Assembly: GCA_963699755.1 (NCBI GenBank)
Contig: CAVOVB010000003.1
Location: forward strand, 672,001-736,000
Source: an uncultured delta proteobacterium
Lineage (GTDB): Bacteria > Myxococcota_A > Polyangia > Polyangiales > Houyiibacteriaceae
Length of the DNA: 64,000 bases
Direction of reading: 5' to 3'
Each line of letters opens with the position of its first letter. Within the stretch, counting starts at the first letter, position 1. Shown here in pieces: positions 49,252 through 59,930 of the stretch. The notes under the pieces were generated by a model, which saw only the letters and a list, made by a program, of their open reading frames with translations, was not told the DNA's origin and ran no database searches. The translations under genes and the position numbers were made by a program.

Positions 49252-50930
49252 CGGGGCAGCTCCGAAACGGGTTGCGGCAGGCCGACCAGACCAAGGAGGA
49301 TCGGCGCGCACTCTGCAGCATCGGTTCCGATCTCTGACTCGAGGCAGTCGACGATCGGCTGCAGGTCGGCGACCCGAAGCACCGAGGTGTTGAAGTCGGC
49401 GATGTACATGAGACGCCGCGGGACATCGACGACGAACTCGAATGCGCCGCTGATATTGGTCAAGAGCGTAATCCCCTGAAAATTGTCGGTGTCGATGACC
49501 TGGATGTTCCGCGCGAGGAAACAGCTCACGAACGCGAGGACGACGGTGCCTCCGCGAGCTGGGACTTCGGCGATTTGCACGCGAGAGGGATCTTGGCAGC
49601 TCGGAATCTGGGCGACCATGTTGAGGTTGCCTCCGGCGACATCGCTGCGGGCGACGATCAGAGCCTGGGGCGAGAGCGACACGATGTAGGCGAGGTTTCG
49701 CCCTGGGCGTGGATCGAAGCGGATGTCCCGATTACTTCTCCCCGTGTCGAGACCAGACACGATGAGGGGGCCGCCGTCGAAGAGGTAGCTTTGGGTCGGG
49801 TCCCCGTCGATCCCGATGCCGAGGCGGACGATGGCTGCGACTTCGGCGCTGGGAATCCAAGCGCGCTTCGCGCCTGGCTCATAGGTGATCGTCACTTGCT
49901 CGGGCGCCAGTCGATCGATCGTCGCTGCGAGGCGGGGCCGTTTCTGGGGTTCGGGCCCGCCAGGGCGAAACTGGTCGAAGAACATGCTCGCAAAGCCCTC
50001 GCGGTGCGCCATCAGGATGTAGTCGCCACGAAAGGCGGGATCGTCTTGCGCATCAGGCGGGGCGAAATCCGCTGCCAGGTCGCCGACGTACACATCGACA
50101 GGGTCCGGGGGAAGGTCGAGGGGAACGGCCGGGTTCACCAGCTCGGCGCTGCCCGATCGGTAGGCGCTGGTGCAGGTATGCAGCTGGCCGAACTCGCCGC
50201 CGCAACTGAGCCGCCCCTCTTCATCGACGTCGATGAAGGTCAGATTCGCGTCGCTCCGGACCGGCACGTAAATGCGGCGGCCGTCGGTCGCGACACCCAT
50301 CCCGTCCGAGAACGACCCGATCGACACTTCACCGCGAATCAGTCCCTCGACGCGGATGAGCCTCAGAGCCGCCCCCGTGTCGCGGAAACGGAGACTGGTA
50401 GGAACGACGGAGCATCGGTCCGGGGGGACGAGGACGCAGTCCTGCGCGGCGTCGAAGACCGGGTTGCAGACGCAGCTTTCATCGTTGACGTTGCCGATGA
50501 AGTTGGGGTCGAGGCACTCCGGGAGCACCCCGGCGCCGGTCGCCTCGCATGCATCGTCGCTCAGCGGGTCACAGGCGCAGCTGGGGTCCTCGAGGTCGAC
50601 CGGGGGGTCCGCATTCACGCAGCTGCTCAGCACGCCTGGACCGACGCAGCCTAGCGCGATCCCCTCGAGCATCTTGTCGATATCGTAGGACTGCACGTTG
50701 CCCGAGTTGTACTGGAGGCCAAAGTTCGAGCTCGTGACGTAGACGTACTTCGGCTTTCCCTCGGCATCTTCGTCGACGGAGAGCTCAATCGCGATCGGGA
50801 ACGACATCAGGCCCGGTGGCAGCGACTCACCGCTCCTGTTGTCGCAGCCGGTCGAGACCATTCCGAAGATAAGCAAGAACCCGAGGGCAGCGAGGATCAC
50901 AGTGCCCTGCGGGCCGAATCGCGACCTCAT
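49248..50930 (-). CDS. YncE/YVTN-like beta-propeller lipoprotein with Cys-rich insert
   Basis: Lipobox STGC; YVTSSNF, DGRRIYVP, IQVIDT. Confidence 0.72.
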   Translation of the reverse strand: MRSRFGPQGTVILAALGFLLIFGMVSTGCDNRSGESLPPGLMSFPIAIELSVDEDAEGKPKYVYVTSSNFGLQYNSGNVQSYDIDKMLEGIALGCVGPGVLSSCVNADPPVDLEDPSCACDPLSDDACEATGAGVLPECLDPNFIGNVNDESCVCNPVFDAAQDCVLVPPDRCSVVPTSLRFRDTGAALRLIRVEGLIRGEVSIGSFSDGMGVATDGRRIYVPVRSDANLTFIDVDEEGRLSCGGEFGQLHTCTSAYRSGSAELVNPAVPLDLPPDPVDVYVGDLAADFAPPDAQDDPAFRGDYILMAHREGFASMFFDQFRPGGPEPQKRPRLAATIDRLAPEQVTITYEPGAKRAWIPSAEVAAIVRLGIGIDGDPTQSYLFDGGPLIVSGLDTGRSNRDIRFDPRPGRNLAYIVSLSPQALIVARSDVAGGNLNMVAQIPSCQDPSRVQIAEVPARGGTVVLAFVSCFLARNIQVIDTDNFQGITLLTNISGAFEFVVDVPRRLMYIADFNTSVLRVADLQPIVDCLESEIGTDAAECAPILLGLVGLPQPVSELPR

Positions 50931-50982
50931 GGGGCGGCACCCTAGCCGTTCGCTCTCGAAGGAGCAACTGGCAGCGGCGCCC

Positions 50983-52338
50983 TCAGTCCCATGGATCGAG
51001 GATGGAACGATCGCGCTCGGGCTCTGCCTTGGGCCGGCGTCGAGGCTTACGGCGGACCTGCTTGCTCCCGGCCTCCTTGGCTCGCCCCTTGGGCGTGCTC
51101 GGCGCCGATGCAAGTTCTCTCGGTCCGCTCGATTCCACCACCGTCGCGTCTTCCCCCATGAGAGGAGAGAGAGCGGGGGGCGGCAGCAGCGGAGCTGGGC
51201 GCGTTGCCCTCAGGTCCGGCACCTCCGAAGCCGGGGGGGCTTGTAGCTGCTCCACTTCTGCGGTCTCCGATTCTGGCTTCTTGAATGTGCCCATGGCTAT
51301 TGTTGCAATGAGCACCGCCAGCGCGAGCGCTAGGCCTCCAAGATAGATCGGTGGCGCGGCATGGCGCCACGGCCGAGGCGGCCTGGTCGGCGGAATCGTC
51401 CATGTATCGGGCCCAACGGGTCGGAGGCCCGATTTTACGCGCTCCAGCTCCCCTAAAACCTCGTGCATCGTCTGGTAGCGACGTTCGGGCCGCTTCTCTA
51501 GGCAGCGCATGACCAGCATCTCCAGCTCTTCGGAGACGTGCGGTACGCGCACGCTTGGGGGAATCGGTTCCTCGTACATGTGCTTGGTGAGGATGCCCAT
51601 CATCGTGTCCGCGTCGTGTGGAACGTGACCGGTGACCATTTCGTAGATCAGGACACCGAGCGCGTAGATGTCGGTTCGATGGTCGACCCCCTTGCCTTCG
51701 CACTGTTCGGGCGACATGTAGTGAGGCGTGCCGAGCACCTCGCCCGCGCGCGTGAGCCGATTCGGATCGTTGCCGACTTTCGCGATACCGAAGTCGAGGA
51801 CCTTGACGAAGTCTTCGACCTCGTTGCGTCGAATGAGGAAGACGTTTTCGGGTTTGAGGTCGCGATGTGTGATCCCGGCATCGTGCGCGGCGCCGAGCGC
51901 GCGACAGACCTGGATAGCGATGTGGAGAGCGCGCTCCTCGGGCATGCGGCCCACGCTATCGATGGCGTCGATGAGGTCGAGCCCTTCGAGGCATTCCATG
52001 ATGAAGTAAGTCGAACCGTCGCTCAGCTCACCGAAGTCGCTGATGTCGATGATGTGCTGGTTACCGATGTTCGATGCGCTCTCGGCTTCGCGCCGAAACC
52101 TCGCCAAGACCTCCGGGTCCCGCGTGTTCTCTCGCCGAAGAACCTTCATCGCGAGCGGCTTGTTGAGGCGCGTATGGGTGACTCTGTACACCAGGCCCAT
52201 GCCGCCCTCGCCGAGCAGAGACTCGACGAGGTAGCGCTGGTCAATCGTCTGACCGAGGAGCCCCTCGGCTACCCGCGTGGGGCCCGTAGAGCTCAGGTCC
52301 CCGACCGGGCCAGCTATGGTTCTCGTGCTATTGCCCAT
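50983..52338 (-). CDS. Membrane Ser/Thr protein kinase (Hanks type)
   Basis: LGEGGMG.V, AMK, HRDLKPEN, DFGIAK, GTPHYMSPE, TM helix. Confidence 0.95.
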   Translation of the reverse strand: MGNSTRTIAGPVGDLSSTGPTRVAEGLLGQTIDQRYLVESLLGEGGMGLVYRVTHTRLNKPLAMKVLRRENTRDPEVLARFRREAESASNIGNQHIIDISDFGELSDGSTYFIMECLEGLDLIDAIDSVGRMPEERALHIAIQVCRALGAAHDAGITHRDLKPENVFLIRRNEVEDFVKVLDFGIAKVGNDPNRLTRAGEVLGTPHYMSPEQCEGKGVDHRTDIYALGVLIYEMVTGHVPHDADTMMGILTKHMYEEPIPPSVRVPHVSEELEMLVMRCLEKRPERRYQTMHEVLGELERVKSGLRPVGPDTWTIPPTRPPRPWRHAAPPIYLGGLALALAVLIATIAMGTFKKPESETAEVEQLQAPPASEVPDLRATRPAPLLPPPALSPLMGEDATVVESSGPRELASAPSTPKGRAKEAGSKQVRRKPRRRPKAEPERDRSILDPWD

Positions 52339-52436
52339 ACAGTTATGCCGCAATATTCCAGCAATGCTCATTCCAACACGCCGCGGGCTCCGCATCAAGC
52401 CCTCAGGGGCATGAAACGGCAGGTTCGCCCGAATTT

Positions 52437-55109
52437 CTAGCGCAGACGAGCCTGTGCGGCGGCCAGACGGGCGCCAGGAAGCTGGGAAAGCGGTGCCGAG
52501 ACGAAGTCCAGCCCTAGCTTTTCGCAGATTTCGATCGAGGCGGGGCTGCCGCCCTGGTCCCCGCAGAGACCGGCACGGAGGTCCTGCCGGACGGCCTTGC
52601 CGCGCTCGAGCGCAATGCGAATGAGCTCGGCGACCCGTTCGTCGAGGTGGGTAAATGGGTCCCCAGCGAGCAGGCCAAGCTCATTTCGGTAGGAGGGCAG
52701 GAATCGGCTGGCATCGTCGCGGCTGACGCCAAGGGCTGTCTGCGTCAGGTCGTTCCCGCCGAAGGAGAAGAACTGCACATGCTGTGCGAGCTCCCCGGCG
52801 ATCAGGCATGCGCGTGGCAGCTCGATCATCGCTCCGATCCGGCAACGGAATCCGTCCGCCGGCCCTGCGAAGACCTGCCGGTGCGCGCGGTCGAGGGCGA
52901 TGCGCAGCGCTTCGACCTCGGAGCTGAACGCGATCATCGGGATCAGTATCTCGAGGTCGACGGCCAAGCCCTGCTCGACGCAGTCGCGAGCGGCGAAGAG
53001 CATCGCACGAAGCTGCATGTCGTAGAGACCGGGGACGGTGAGCCCGGCCCGAACGCCCCGGTGGCCAAACGCCGGGTTCGACTCTCGATGTCGTGCGGCG
53101 GCCTTGCTGACCTCCTCGAGCTCGAGGTCGAGTGCGTCGGCAATCGCTTGCAACGCTTCTTCGTCGTGCGGAAGGAATTCTCCGAGCGCCCTATCGAGCA
53201 ATCGAATCGTAACCGGCCGTCCTTGCATCGCGCGAAAGATCTCGACGAAATCTTCCCGTTGCGCGCTCTCGAGCGCCGAGAGCCACGCGCCTCGTTGCTC
53301 GTCCTCGACTGCTAGCAGTGCGCATCGCATCGCGAACAACCTATCCTTCGCAAAGAACATGCGTTCGGTTCGGCACAGGCCGACCCCTTCGGCACCATAG
53401 CTCAGCGCTGCGCGCGCCGCCTGGGGCGTGTCGGCTTCCGCATAGATTCGCATGCGGCGTACCTGATCGGCCCAGCCCATCAGCTCCCGGAGCTCCTCGA
53501 CGGTGGTCGAAGCCACCAGGTCGAGCGCACCTGCGAAAACGTTTCCGTTGGAGCCATCGAGCGTGAGCAGGTCGCCCTCGCGCAGCGGTTCTATGGAGTC
53601 GGAACCGTCGAGACGTACGGTGCGCTCTCGAAAGTCGATCTGAAGCCCTCCGCAGCCGACGACGCAGCACTTTCCGAGCCCGCGGGCAACGACGGCTGCA
53701 TGGGAGGTCATGCCCCCTGCGGCGGTGACGACACCCCTGGCGGCCTTCATGCCGTGGATATCGTCGGCGCTGGTTTCCTGCCGAATGAGGATGACCTCCT
53801 GGCCCTCAGAAGCCCAGCGAACGGCTTCGTCGGCGTCGAAAACGATGCGGCCGGACGCCGCCCCAGGGCTTGCCGGTAGGCCGACGGCGAGGGGCCTGAT
53901 CCCCTGGGCGGTCAAGTCGGCTTCCGACGGAAGCCGGGCGCGAAGCAACTGCTCGAGCGAACGCGCATCCACCCGAAGCAAGGCGTCCTCCTTGCTGAGC
54001 ACCCCTTCGCGCACCATGTCGACTGCAACTCGGACCGCCGCGTGCGCCGTTCGCTTCGCGCTCCGCGTTTGCAACAAGTACGGTCGGCCGTCTTCAATCG
54101 TGAACTCGATGTCCTGCATGTCGCCAAAGTGGCTCTCGAGCGACGCGCAGTAGATGGAAATCGCCTCGAACGCTTCAGGCATCGAGACTTCGAGGCTCGA
54201 CGCTTCTTTGCCAGGCGCCGCCGCGGCCGCGGTGAGCGCAACCGGGGTTCGGATGCCCGCCACCACGTCTTCGCCCTGGGCGTTGGGCAGGAACTCGCCG
54301 TAGAGATGCCGCTCACCGCTCGACGGGTTGCGCGTGAAGGCCACCCCGGAACCGCTTCGCGGCCCCGTGTTGCCAAAGACCATCGCTTGCACGGTGCATG
54401 CGGTTCCGATCCCGTCGTGGATTCCTTGCATACGCCGATATCGAACCGCGCGCGGGTTCTCCCAGGATGCGAAGACGGCGCTGATGGCGTCCCAGAGCTG
54501 CGTTCGGACCTCTCGTGGAAATGGCGTGCCCGACGCTTCCTCAATCACCGAGAGGTACGAGGCAACCAGCCCTTCGAGCGCGGACACGGGAAGCTCGGAG
54601 TCGAGCATGCGAGGTTTCCCAAGCTCTGCCTTGAGATCGCTCAGCAAGGACTGGAAGCGTTCTGCCCCTATCCCTCGCACGACCGATCCGTACATCTGCA
54701 GCAGGCGGCGATAGGCATCGAGCGCGAAGCGTTCGTCACCGTATTGCGCAGCCAGCCCGGACAACGTGTGTTCGTTGAGTCCGATGTTCAAGAGGGTGTC
54801 CATCATTCCGGGCATCGAGACTTCGGCACCGGAGCGGACCGAAAGGAGCAGAGGTTGCTTCGCGTCTCCGAAGCCCCGGTTGAGGCGCTCCTCGAGGCTT
54901 CCAAGAGCCTGATGAACTTCCGCTTGGAGCCGATCGGGTAGCACTCCGCTCTCTCGGTAGAGTCGGCCCACTTCCGTCGTGATCGTGAATCCCGGAGGCA
55001 CGGGAATTCCGAGCGCAGTCATCTCGTTGAGGCCGGCTGCCTTCTTTCCGAGGAGGTGCGGGCGGACGTCCGAGCCCAGCTCTGCGTCAAGCGGATACAG
55101 AAGGTTCAC
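52437..55109 (-). CDS. ppdK: Pyruvate, phosphate dikinase (divergent C-terminal domain)
   Basis: VPPGFTITT, SMPGMMDT, GEDVVAG, GGMTSHAAVVAR. GTG start at 55109. Confidence 0.92.
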   Translation of the reverse strand: MNLLYPLDAELGSDVRPHLLGKKAAGLNEMTALGIPVPPGFTITTEVGRLYRESGVLPDRLQAEVHQALGSLEERLNRGFGDAKQPLLLSVRSGAEVSMPGMMDTLLNIGLNEHTLSGLAAQYGDERFALDAYRRLLQMYGSVVRGIGAERFQSLLSDLKAELGKPRMLDSELPVSALEGLVASYLSVIEEASGTPFPREVRTQLWDAISAVFASWENPRAVRYRRMQGIHDGIGTACTVQAMVFGNTGPRSGSGVAFTRNPSSGERHLYGEFLPNAQGEDVVAGIRTPVALTAAAAAPGKEASSLEVSMPEAFEAISIYCASLESHFGDMQDIEFTIEDGRPYLLQTRSAKRTAHAAVRVAVDMVREGVLSKEDALLRVDARSLEQLLRARLPSEADLTAQGIRPLAVGLPASPGAASGRIVFDADEAVRWASEGQEVILIRQETSADDIHGMKAARGVVTAAGGMTSHAAVVARGLGKCCVVGCGGLQIDFRERTVRLDGSDSIEPLREGDLLTLDGSNGNVFAGALDLVASTTVEELRELMGWADQVRRMRIYAEADTPQAARAALSYGAEGVGLCRTERMFFAKDRLFAMRCALLAVEDEQRGAWLSALESAQREDFVEIFRAMQGRPVTIRLLDRALGEFLPHDEEALQAIADALDLELEEVSKAAARHRESNPAFGHRGVRAGLTVPGLYDMQLRAMLFAARDCVEQGLAVDLEILIPMIAFSSEVEALRIALDRAHRQVFAGPADGFRCRIGAMIELPRACLIAGELAQHVQFFSFGGNDLTQTALGVSRDDASRFLPSYRNELGLLAGDPFTHLDERVAELIRIALERGKAVRQDLRAGLCGDQGGSPASIEICEKLGLDFVSAPLSQLPGARLAAAQARLR

Positions 55110-57195
55110 GGCGATGCAACTGTGTCCCGAGCTGGTGGAAGTGCGCAATACCGTTGACCGTGTCCGCGATTTCGCCAAGCAAACGAAGGCGATTGTCTCG
55201 CACACTGGCGTCGTCGACCATCACGAACACCTCGTCGAAGAAGCGATCGATCGGTGCGCCGAGCTCCTTGGCGACGAGCTTCAGGGCGTCGGCGTAGCGG
55301 CGCTCGCCAGTCGCTTCACGGATTCGATCGCGCACGGTGCCAAAGCGTTCGGCCAACGCGGTCTCCGCGCCGGCTTCGAGGAGACTCGTGTCGATTGGGC
55401 CCCTAGCACTTTCCTTCGTGATGTTGAACGCGCGCTTGAACGCGACCGCCAGGGCTTCGAACTCGGGCTCGGCGCCGAGCTCGAAGACCGCTTTGATTCG
55501 GCTCCGTAGGTCGCGAAGCGAGGTGCCGTCCCAAGCTCCGAGGCAGGCGTCGACGACGTCCCCGCCGTAGGAGTCCTTGAGCATGCCTCGAATGCGGGCT
55601 CGGAAGAAATCGTCGAGTGAGGCGCCAAGATCCTCGCGGGCCGCGAGCTCGGCGTCGAAAGTGTACGCGTCGTACGCCTGCCCGATGAGCGCGTGGAGAT
55701 CGACGTCGATCGGCCCTTCGAGCGCGATCCGGATGATGCCGAGCGCTGCACGGCGAAGCGCGAACGGGTCGGCTGAGCCGGTCGGAATCAGACCGATGCC
55801 GAAGCAGCCGACCAGGGTGTCGATGCGATCGGCGACCGCGACGACCGCGCCGACGACTTGGTTCGGGACCAGATCCTCTGCACCCTGCGGTCGGTAGTGA
55901 TCGCGGATGGCGTCGGCGACGGTCGGGTCGATGCCTTCGTGAAGGGCGTACCAGCGACCCATCTCCCCCTGGAGCTCGGGAAACTCGTAGACGATGAGTG
56001 TTTCGAGGTCGGCCTTGCACAATCGCGCCGCTTCGTCGCAAGCATCAACATCCGCGCCGCATTGGTTTGCGAGCGCGCGGGCGTTCGCCTGGAGGCGCCG
56101 GACCTTTGCGCCCATCGTGCCGAGCTTCGACTGGAACACGACGGACTCGAGCTTCGCGAGCCGATCGGCGAGCGGCGCCTTGCGGTCTTCCTCGACGAAG
56201 AAGCGCCCATCCGCCAGGCGTGCGCGAAGGACGCGGTCGTTTCCCTTGGCGATGGTCTTCGGATCTTCGGCGGTATTGACCACGTTGAGGTACGAGGGAA
56301 GAAGCGCGCCGTTTTCCGAAGCGCGTACGGCAAAATAGCGCTGATGGTCTCGCATCACGGCGATGACGACCGAGTCAGGGAGCTCGAGGAACGATTCGTC
56401 GAAGCTGCCCGGCACGGTGAACGGCTCTTCGACCAGAGAGACGCATTCGTCCGCCAGGAAGGGATCCGGCTCGAGGACGCCGCCCAGGGTCCTCGCCGAC
56501 ATGAGCAGCCCCTGCATCATACGACCCTTTCGGGCCTGCAAGTCCACGATGACGTGGGCGCCCTCGAGCGCCGATTCGTAGCTGCTTGCCTGGTCGAGGT
56601 CGAAGCTCTGGGGAGCAAGGAAGCGATGGCCCCGCGTCGTGCGTCCAGCCCGTACACCCGCGAACTCGAAGCCTACGACCTCGTCTCCGAGCAGTGAGAC
56701 GATCCAATGAATCGGTCTGCCGAATGCGATTTCGCCAGAACCCCAGCGCATGGACTTGGGGAAGCTGATTTGCTGGCAGAGGCGCGGCAGGATCCCCGCC
56801 AGCACCTCGCTCGTCGCCGCCCCGGCTTCGTGAACGCGCACGCTCACGTAGTCACCCTTGTCGCTACTCTGCTTGCGCAGGTCTTCCAGGCCGAGACCGT
56901 GTTTCTTGGCGAAGCCAATTGCGGCCTTCTTGGGCGAGCCGTCCGCGTCGAAGGCCGCGCTCCAGGGTGGCCCCATGATCGTCTCGTCACGATCGGGTTG
57001 ACGTTCGGCTAGCCCGCGCATCCGGAGCGCAAGTCGCCGCGGCGTGCCGAGCGTATGGAGCTCGAGCGAGGCGGTGCCGAGTCGAGCCTGGCCCACCAGC
57101 TCGGCCCCGCTCGCCTTCATGGAGCGAAGCGCATGCGTGATGAACGACGCTGGCAATTCCTCAGTCCCAATTTCGAGCAAAAACTCGGATGACAT
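55087..57195 (-). CDS. glyS: Glycine--tRNA ligase beta subunit
   Basis: LEIGTEELP, TPRRL, PKSMRW, EFPELQG, DPFALRR. Confidence 0.96.
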   Translation of the reverse strand: MSSEFLLEIGTEELPASFITHALRSMKASGAELVGQARLGTASLELHTLGTPRRLALRMRGLAERQPDRDETIMGPPWSAAFDADGSPKKAAIGFAKKHGLGLEDLRKQSSDKGDYVSVRVHEAGAATSEVLAGILPRLCQQISFPKSMRWGSGEIAFGRPIHWIVSLLGDEVVGFEFAGVRAGRTTRGHRFLAPQSFDLDQASSYESALEGAHVIVDLQARKGRMMQGLLMSARTLGGVLEPDPFLADECVSLVEEPFTVPGSFDESFLELPDSVVIAVMRDHQRYFAVRASENGALLPSYLNVVNTAEDPKTIAKGNDRVLRARLADGRFFVEEDRKAPLADRLAKLESVVFQSKLGTMGAKVRRLQANARALANQCGADVDACDEAARLCKADLETLIVYEFPELQGEMGRWYALHEGIDPTVADAIRDHYRPQGAEDLVPNQVVGAVVAVADRIDTLVGCFGIGLIPTGSADPFALRRAALGIIRIALEGPIDVDLHALIGQAYDAYTFDAELAAREDLGASLDDFFRARIRGMLKDSYGGDVVDACLGAWDGTSLRDLRSRIKAVFELGAEPEFEALAVAFKRAFNITKESARGPIDTSLLEAGAETALAERFGTVRDRIREATGERRYADALKLVAKELGAPIDRFFDEVFVMVDDASVRDNRLRLLGEIADTVNGIAHFHQLGTQLHRREPSVSA

Positions 57196-57254
57196 GGAGT
57201 GGCGTTGCTACCAGACCGGATCCACGGACGCAACGGGGCAGACCCCAAATCGCC

Positions 57255-58193
57255 CTATTCGGCCGCTGCCGCAGCCTCGAGAAGCGGGAAGCCCAGGGCT
57301 TCTCGCTGGGCATACCAGGACTCCGCGATCGCTCTTGCGAGGATCCTCACACGGCCGATGTAGCGCTGGCGCTCCGTTACGCTGATCGCGCCCCTTGCGT
57401 CGAGGACGTTGAAGTAGTGACTGCACTTGATGACCGCGTCGTAGGCGGGGAGGACGAGGCGTTCGAGGGGCCCGCGGTCGAATCGGAGGGCGCCGCCCTT
57501 CCCCTTCTTCTCGCTGAGGCCGAGCAAGCTCGCGACTTGCTTCTCGTACTCCTCGAAGAGCTTCTTTTGGAGCTTGGTATCGGCCTGCTCGAAGTTGTAG
57601 GTGCTCCACTCCCACTCGGCGCGCTTGTAGAGGTCACCATAGCGGATGCCCGGCGCCCACTCGAGCTCGTAGACATCATCGACGTCCTGAAGGTACATGG
57701 CGATGCGCTCGAGTCCGTAGGTCAGCTCGCCGCTGATCGGCTTGCAATCGATGCCCCCGCACTGTTGAAAGTACGTGAACTGGCTGATCTCCAGCCCGTC
57801 TAGCCAGACCTGCCACCCGAGGCCCCATGCGCCCAGCGTCGGCGATTCCCAATCATCCTCGATGAAGCGGATATCGTGATGTTGTGGTTCGGTGCCGAGC
57901 GCGCGAAGTGACTCGAGGTAGAGCTCCTGAATGTCGAGCGGCGACGGCTTGAGGATCACCTGGTACTGATGGAACTGCTGCAGTCGATTGGGGTTCTCCC
58001 CGTAGCGGCCGTCCGTCGGGCGGCGGCTGGGCTCGACGTAGGCGACGTTCCAAGGTTCAGGGCCGATCGCCCTCAAGAAGGTATGCGGGTTGAAAGTGCC
58101 GGCGCCGACCTCGGAGTTGTAGGGCTGGACGATCAGGCAGCCGTGGTCCGCCCAGAAGCGTTCGAGCGCGAGGATGAGCTCTTGAAAGGTCAT
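57255..58193 (-). CDS. glyQ: Glycine--tRNA ligase alpha subunit
   Basis: [36 protein letters not shown]. Confidence 0.97.
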   Translation of the reverse strand: MTFQELILALERFWADHGCLIVQPYNSEVGAGTFNPHTFLRAIGPEPWNVAYVEPSRRPTDGRYGENPNRLQQFHQYQVILKPSPLDIQELYLESLRALGTEPQHHDIRFIEDDWESPTLGAWGLGWQVWLDGLEISQFTYFQQCGGIDCKPISGELTYGLERIAMYLQDVDDVYELEWAPGIRYGDLYKRAEWEWSTYNFEQADTKLQKKLFEEYEKQVASLLGLSEKKGKGGALRFDRGPLERLVLPAYDAVIKCSHYFNVLDARGAISVTERQRYIGRVRILARAIAESWYAQREALGFPLLEAAAAAE

Positions 58194-58963
58194 TCGTCCT
58201 GGTCCTCGTCGTCCTCGTCCTCCGCCTCGGCCTCGGCCTCTGCCTCGGTGGCGGCAATGGCGGCCTCTTCTTGCGCCAAAAGCTCTTGCTCCGCTTGCTC
58301 CCTGGCCTCGGCTGCAGCCAGCTCAGCCGCAGCAATGTCGATCGACTCTCCGATCTTCTCTTGGAACAAGGCCTTGTGCTCGTCGGTGAGGTCGCTGAAC
58401 TCTTGCAGCGTCGGAAGGTCTTTGAGGCCACTGAGCCCGAAGAACTCGAGGAAGCCCGGCGTCGTGCCGTAGACCAGCGGCCTGCCGGGCTCGTCTTTGC
58501 GTCCCAGGATCTTCACGAGGCCCCGGTCCGTCAGCATCTTGAGCGATGACCCGGAGTCGACGCCGCGAACATCGTCGACCTCTGGTCGCGTCAGCGGCTG
58601 GCGATACGCAACGATGGCAAGCGTTTCGAGCTGCGCCCGGCTCAGCCGAATGGGCTTCGGTGCGACGAGCAGCTTGACGAAATCGGCGCTCTCGCGAGCC
58701 GAACGGAACTGATAGCCGCCTGCCACGAAATAGAGGTGCACGCCGCGGTGCTGGTAGTCGGCGACGAGCTCGTCGAGCAGTGGCTGCACCTCGGCGATGC
58801 TCGAACGCGCGGCTCGAGCGAGCCTCTTTGCTGTCACCGGCCTGCTCGAGACGAAGATCAGGCTCTCCAGGACGTTCTTGAGCGACTCGGCGCTCGGCGC
58901 GATGGGTGCGGCCGCCCCGTTTTCCGAGGCGCCATTGTCGGTTTGCACGTCTGTCTGGGTCAT
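58190..58963 (-). CDS. scpB: SMC-Scp complex subunit ScpB
   Basis: [25 protein letters not shown]. Confidence 0.95.
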   Translation of the reverse strand: MTQTDVQTDNGASENGAAAPIAPSAESLKNVLESLIFVSSRPVTAKRLARAARSSIAEVQPLLDELVADYQHRGVHLYFVAGGYQFRSARESADFVKLLVAPKPIRLSRAQLETLAIVAYRQPLTRPEVDDVRGVDSGSSLKMLTDRGLVKILGRKDEPGRPLVYGTTPGFLEFFGLSGLKDLPTLQEFSDLTDEHKALFQEKIGESIDIAAAELAAAEAREQAEQELLAQEEAAIAATEAEAEAEAEDEDDEDQDE

Positions 58964-59895
58964 CGCTCTTGCTCGTCCTCACTCCATCCGTAGCTGCCCG
59001 CGGGCACGACGATCGATTCTCTTCGTTCCTCGCCGATCTCCACCGCAAGCCCGTAATCGATTGGCTCGTCCACGAGGTCGCTGGTCGGTCGCCGTACGTC
59101 GCTCGGCACGATTGCCTCACCCTCGGCGTCGAGCAAGGTGTACTCGACGTAGATCGGCTGTTCGTGCTCGGTCTGATAGATGCTGGCCAAGCGCATCTTC
59201 GCCATCTCGAGCAGGGCGAGGAAGGTGACCACCAAATCGTACGAAGTGCTCACGTCGTCGAAGAGCTCGTCGAAGCGACAGCGTCGTCGCTCGCAAAGCA
59301 ACTCGACCAGCCCACCGATCCGGTCCTGAATCGACATGCGCTCGGCGTCCACCTCGAGCGCGATCGTCGCGTTGACGCGTTCGGCGATCTTCTTGAGCGC
59401 ATCGAGCAGCTTGAAGACACTGACCTGGGCAAGCGGCGGCTCCTCATTGCTGCTCGGTGGGGGCGTTCCCCCTTGGAACACGTCCCGACCCGCGATCGCG
59501 CGTTCGCCCAGATTGGTAGCGACGGTCTTGTACTTCTGGTACTCGAGCAGCCGCCGGATCAGCTCGGCGCGGGGGTCGACCTCGTCGGCCTCGATGTCGT
59601 CTTGCTCCTCGGGCGGGCGCGGGAGGAGCATCTTGCTCTTGATGTGCGCCAGCGTCGCTGCCATCACCAAATACTCCGAGGCGATGTCGAGGTTCAAGTC
59701 CCCCATCAAGCTCAGATATTCCAGGTATTTGTCGGTGATGAAGGAGATCGGCAGGTCGAGGATATCCAGCTCGTGCTTCCGGATCAGATGCAGGAGTAGG
59801 TCTAGCGGCCCTTCGAAGTTGGGCAGCTCGATCCGGAAGTTTGGGTCCAGAGCCTCCGGGCCCAGGGGCGCCGGCACAGGGCTGGGCTGGTTCAT
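58960..59895 (-). CDS. scpA: SMC-Scp complex kleisin ScpA
   Basis: FEGPLDLLLHLI, KSKMLLP, TFLALLE. Confidence 0.95.
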   Translation of the reverse strand: MNQPSPVPAPLGPEALDPNFRIELPNFEGPLDLLLHLIRKHELDILDLPISFITDKYLEYLSLMGDLNLDIASEYLVMAATLAHIKSKMLLPRPPEEQDDIEADEVDPRAELIRRLLEYQKYKTVATNLGERAIAGRDVFQGGTPPPSSNEEPPLAQVSVFKLLDALKKIAERVNATIALEVDAERMSIQDRIGGLVELLCERRRCRFDELFDDVSTSYDLVVTFLALLEMAKMRLASIYQTEHEQPIYVEYTLLDAEGEAIVPSDVRRPTSDLVDEPIDYGLAVEIGEERRESIVVPAGSYGWSEDEQER

Positions 59896-59930
59896 CGCGA
59901 GGCAACCATGCGCTGCTACTCTCCCAGCTG

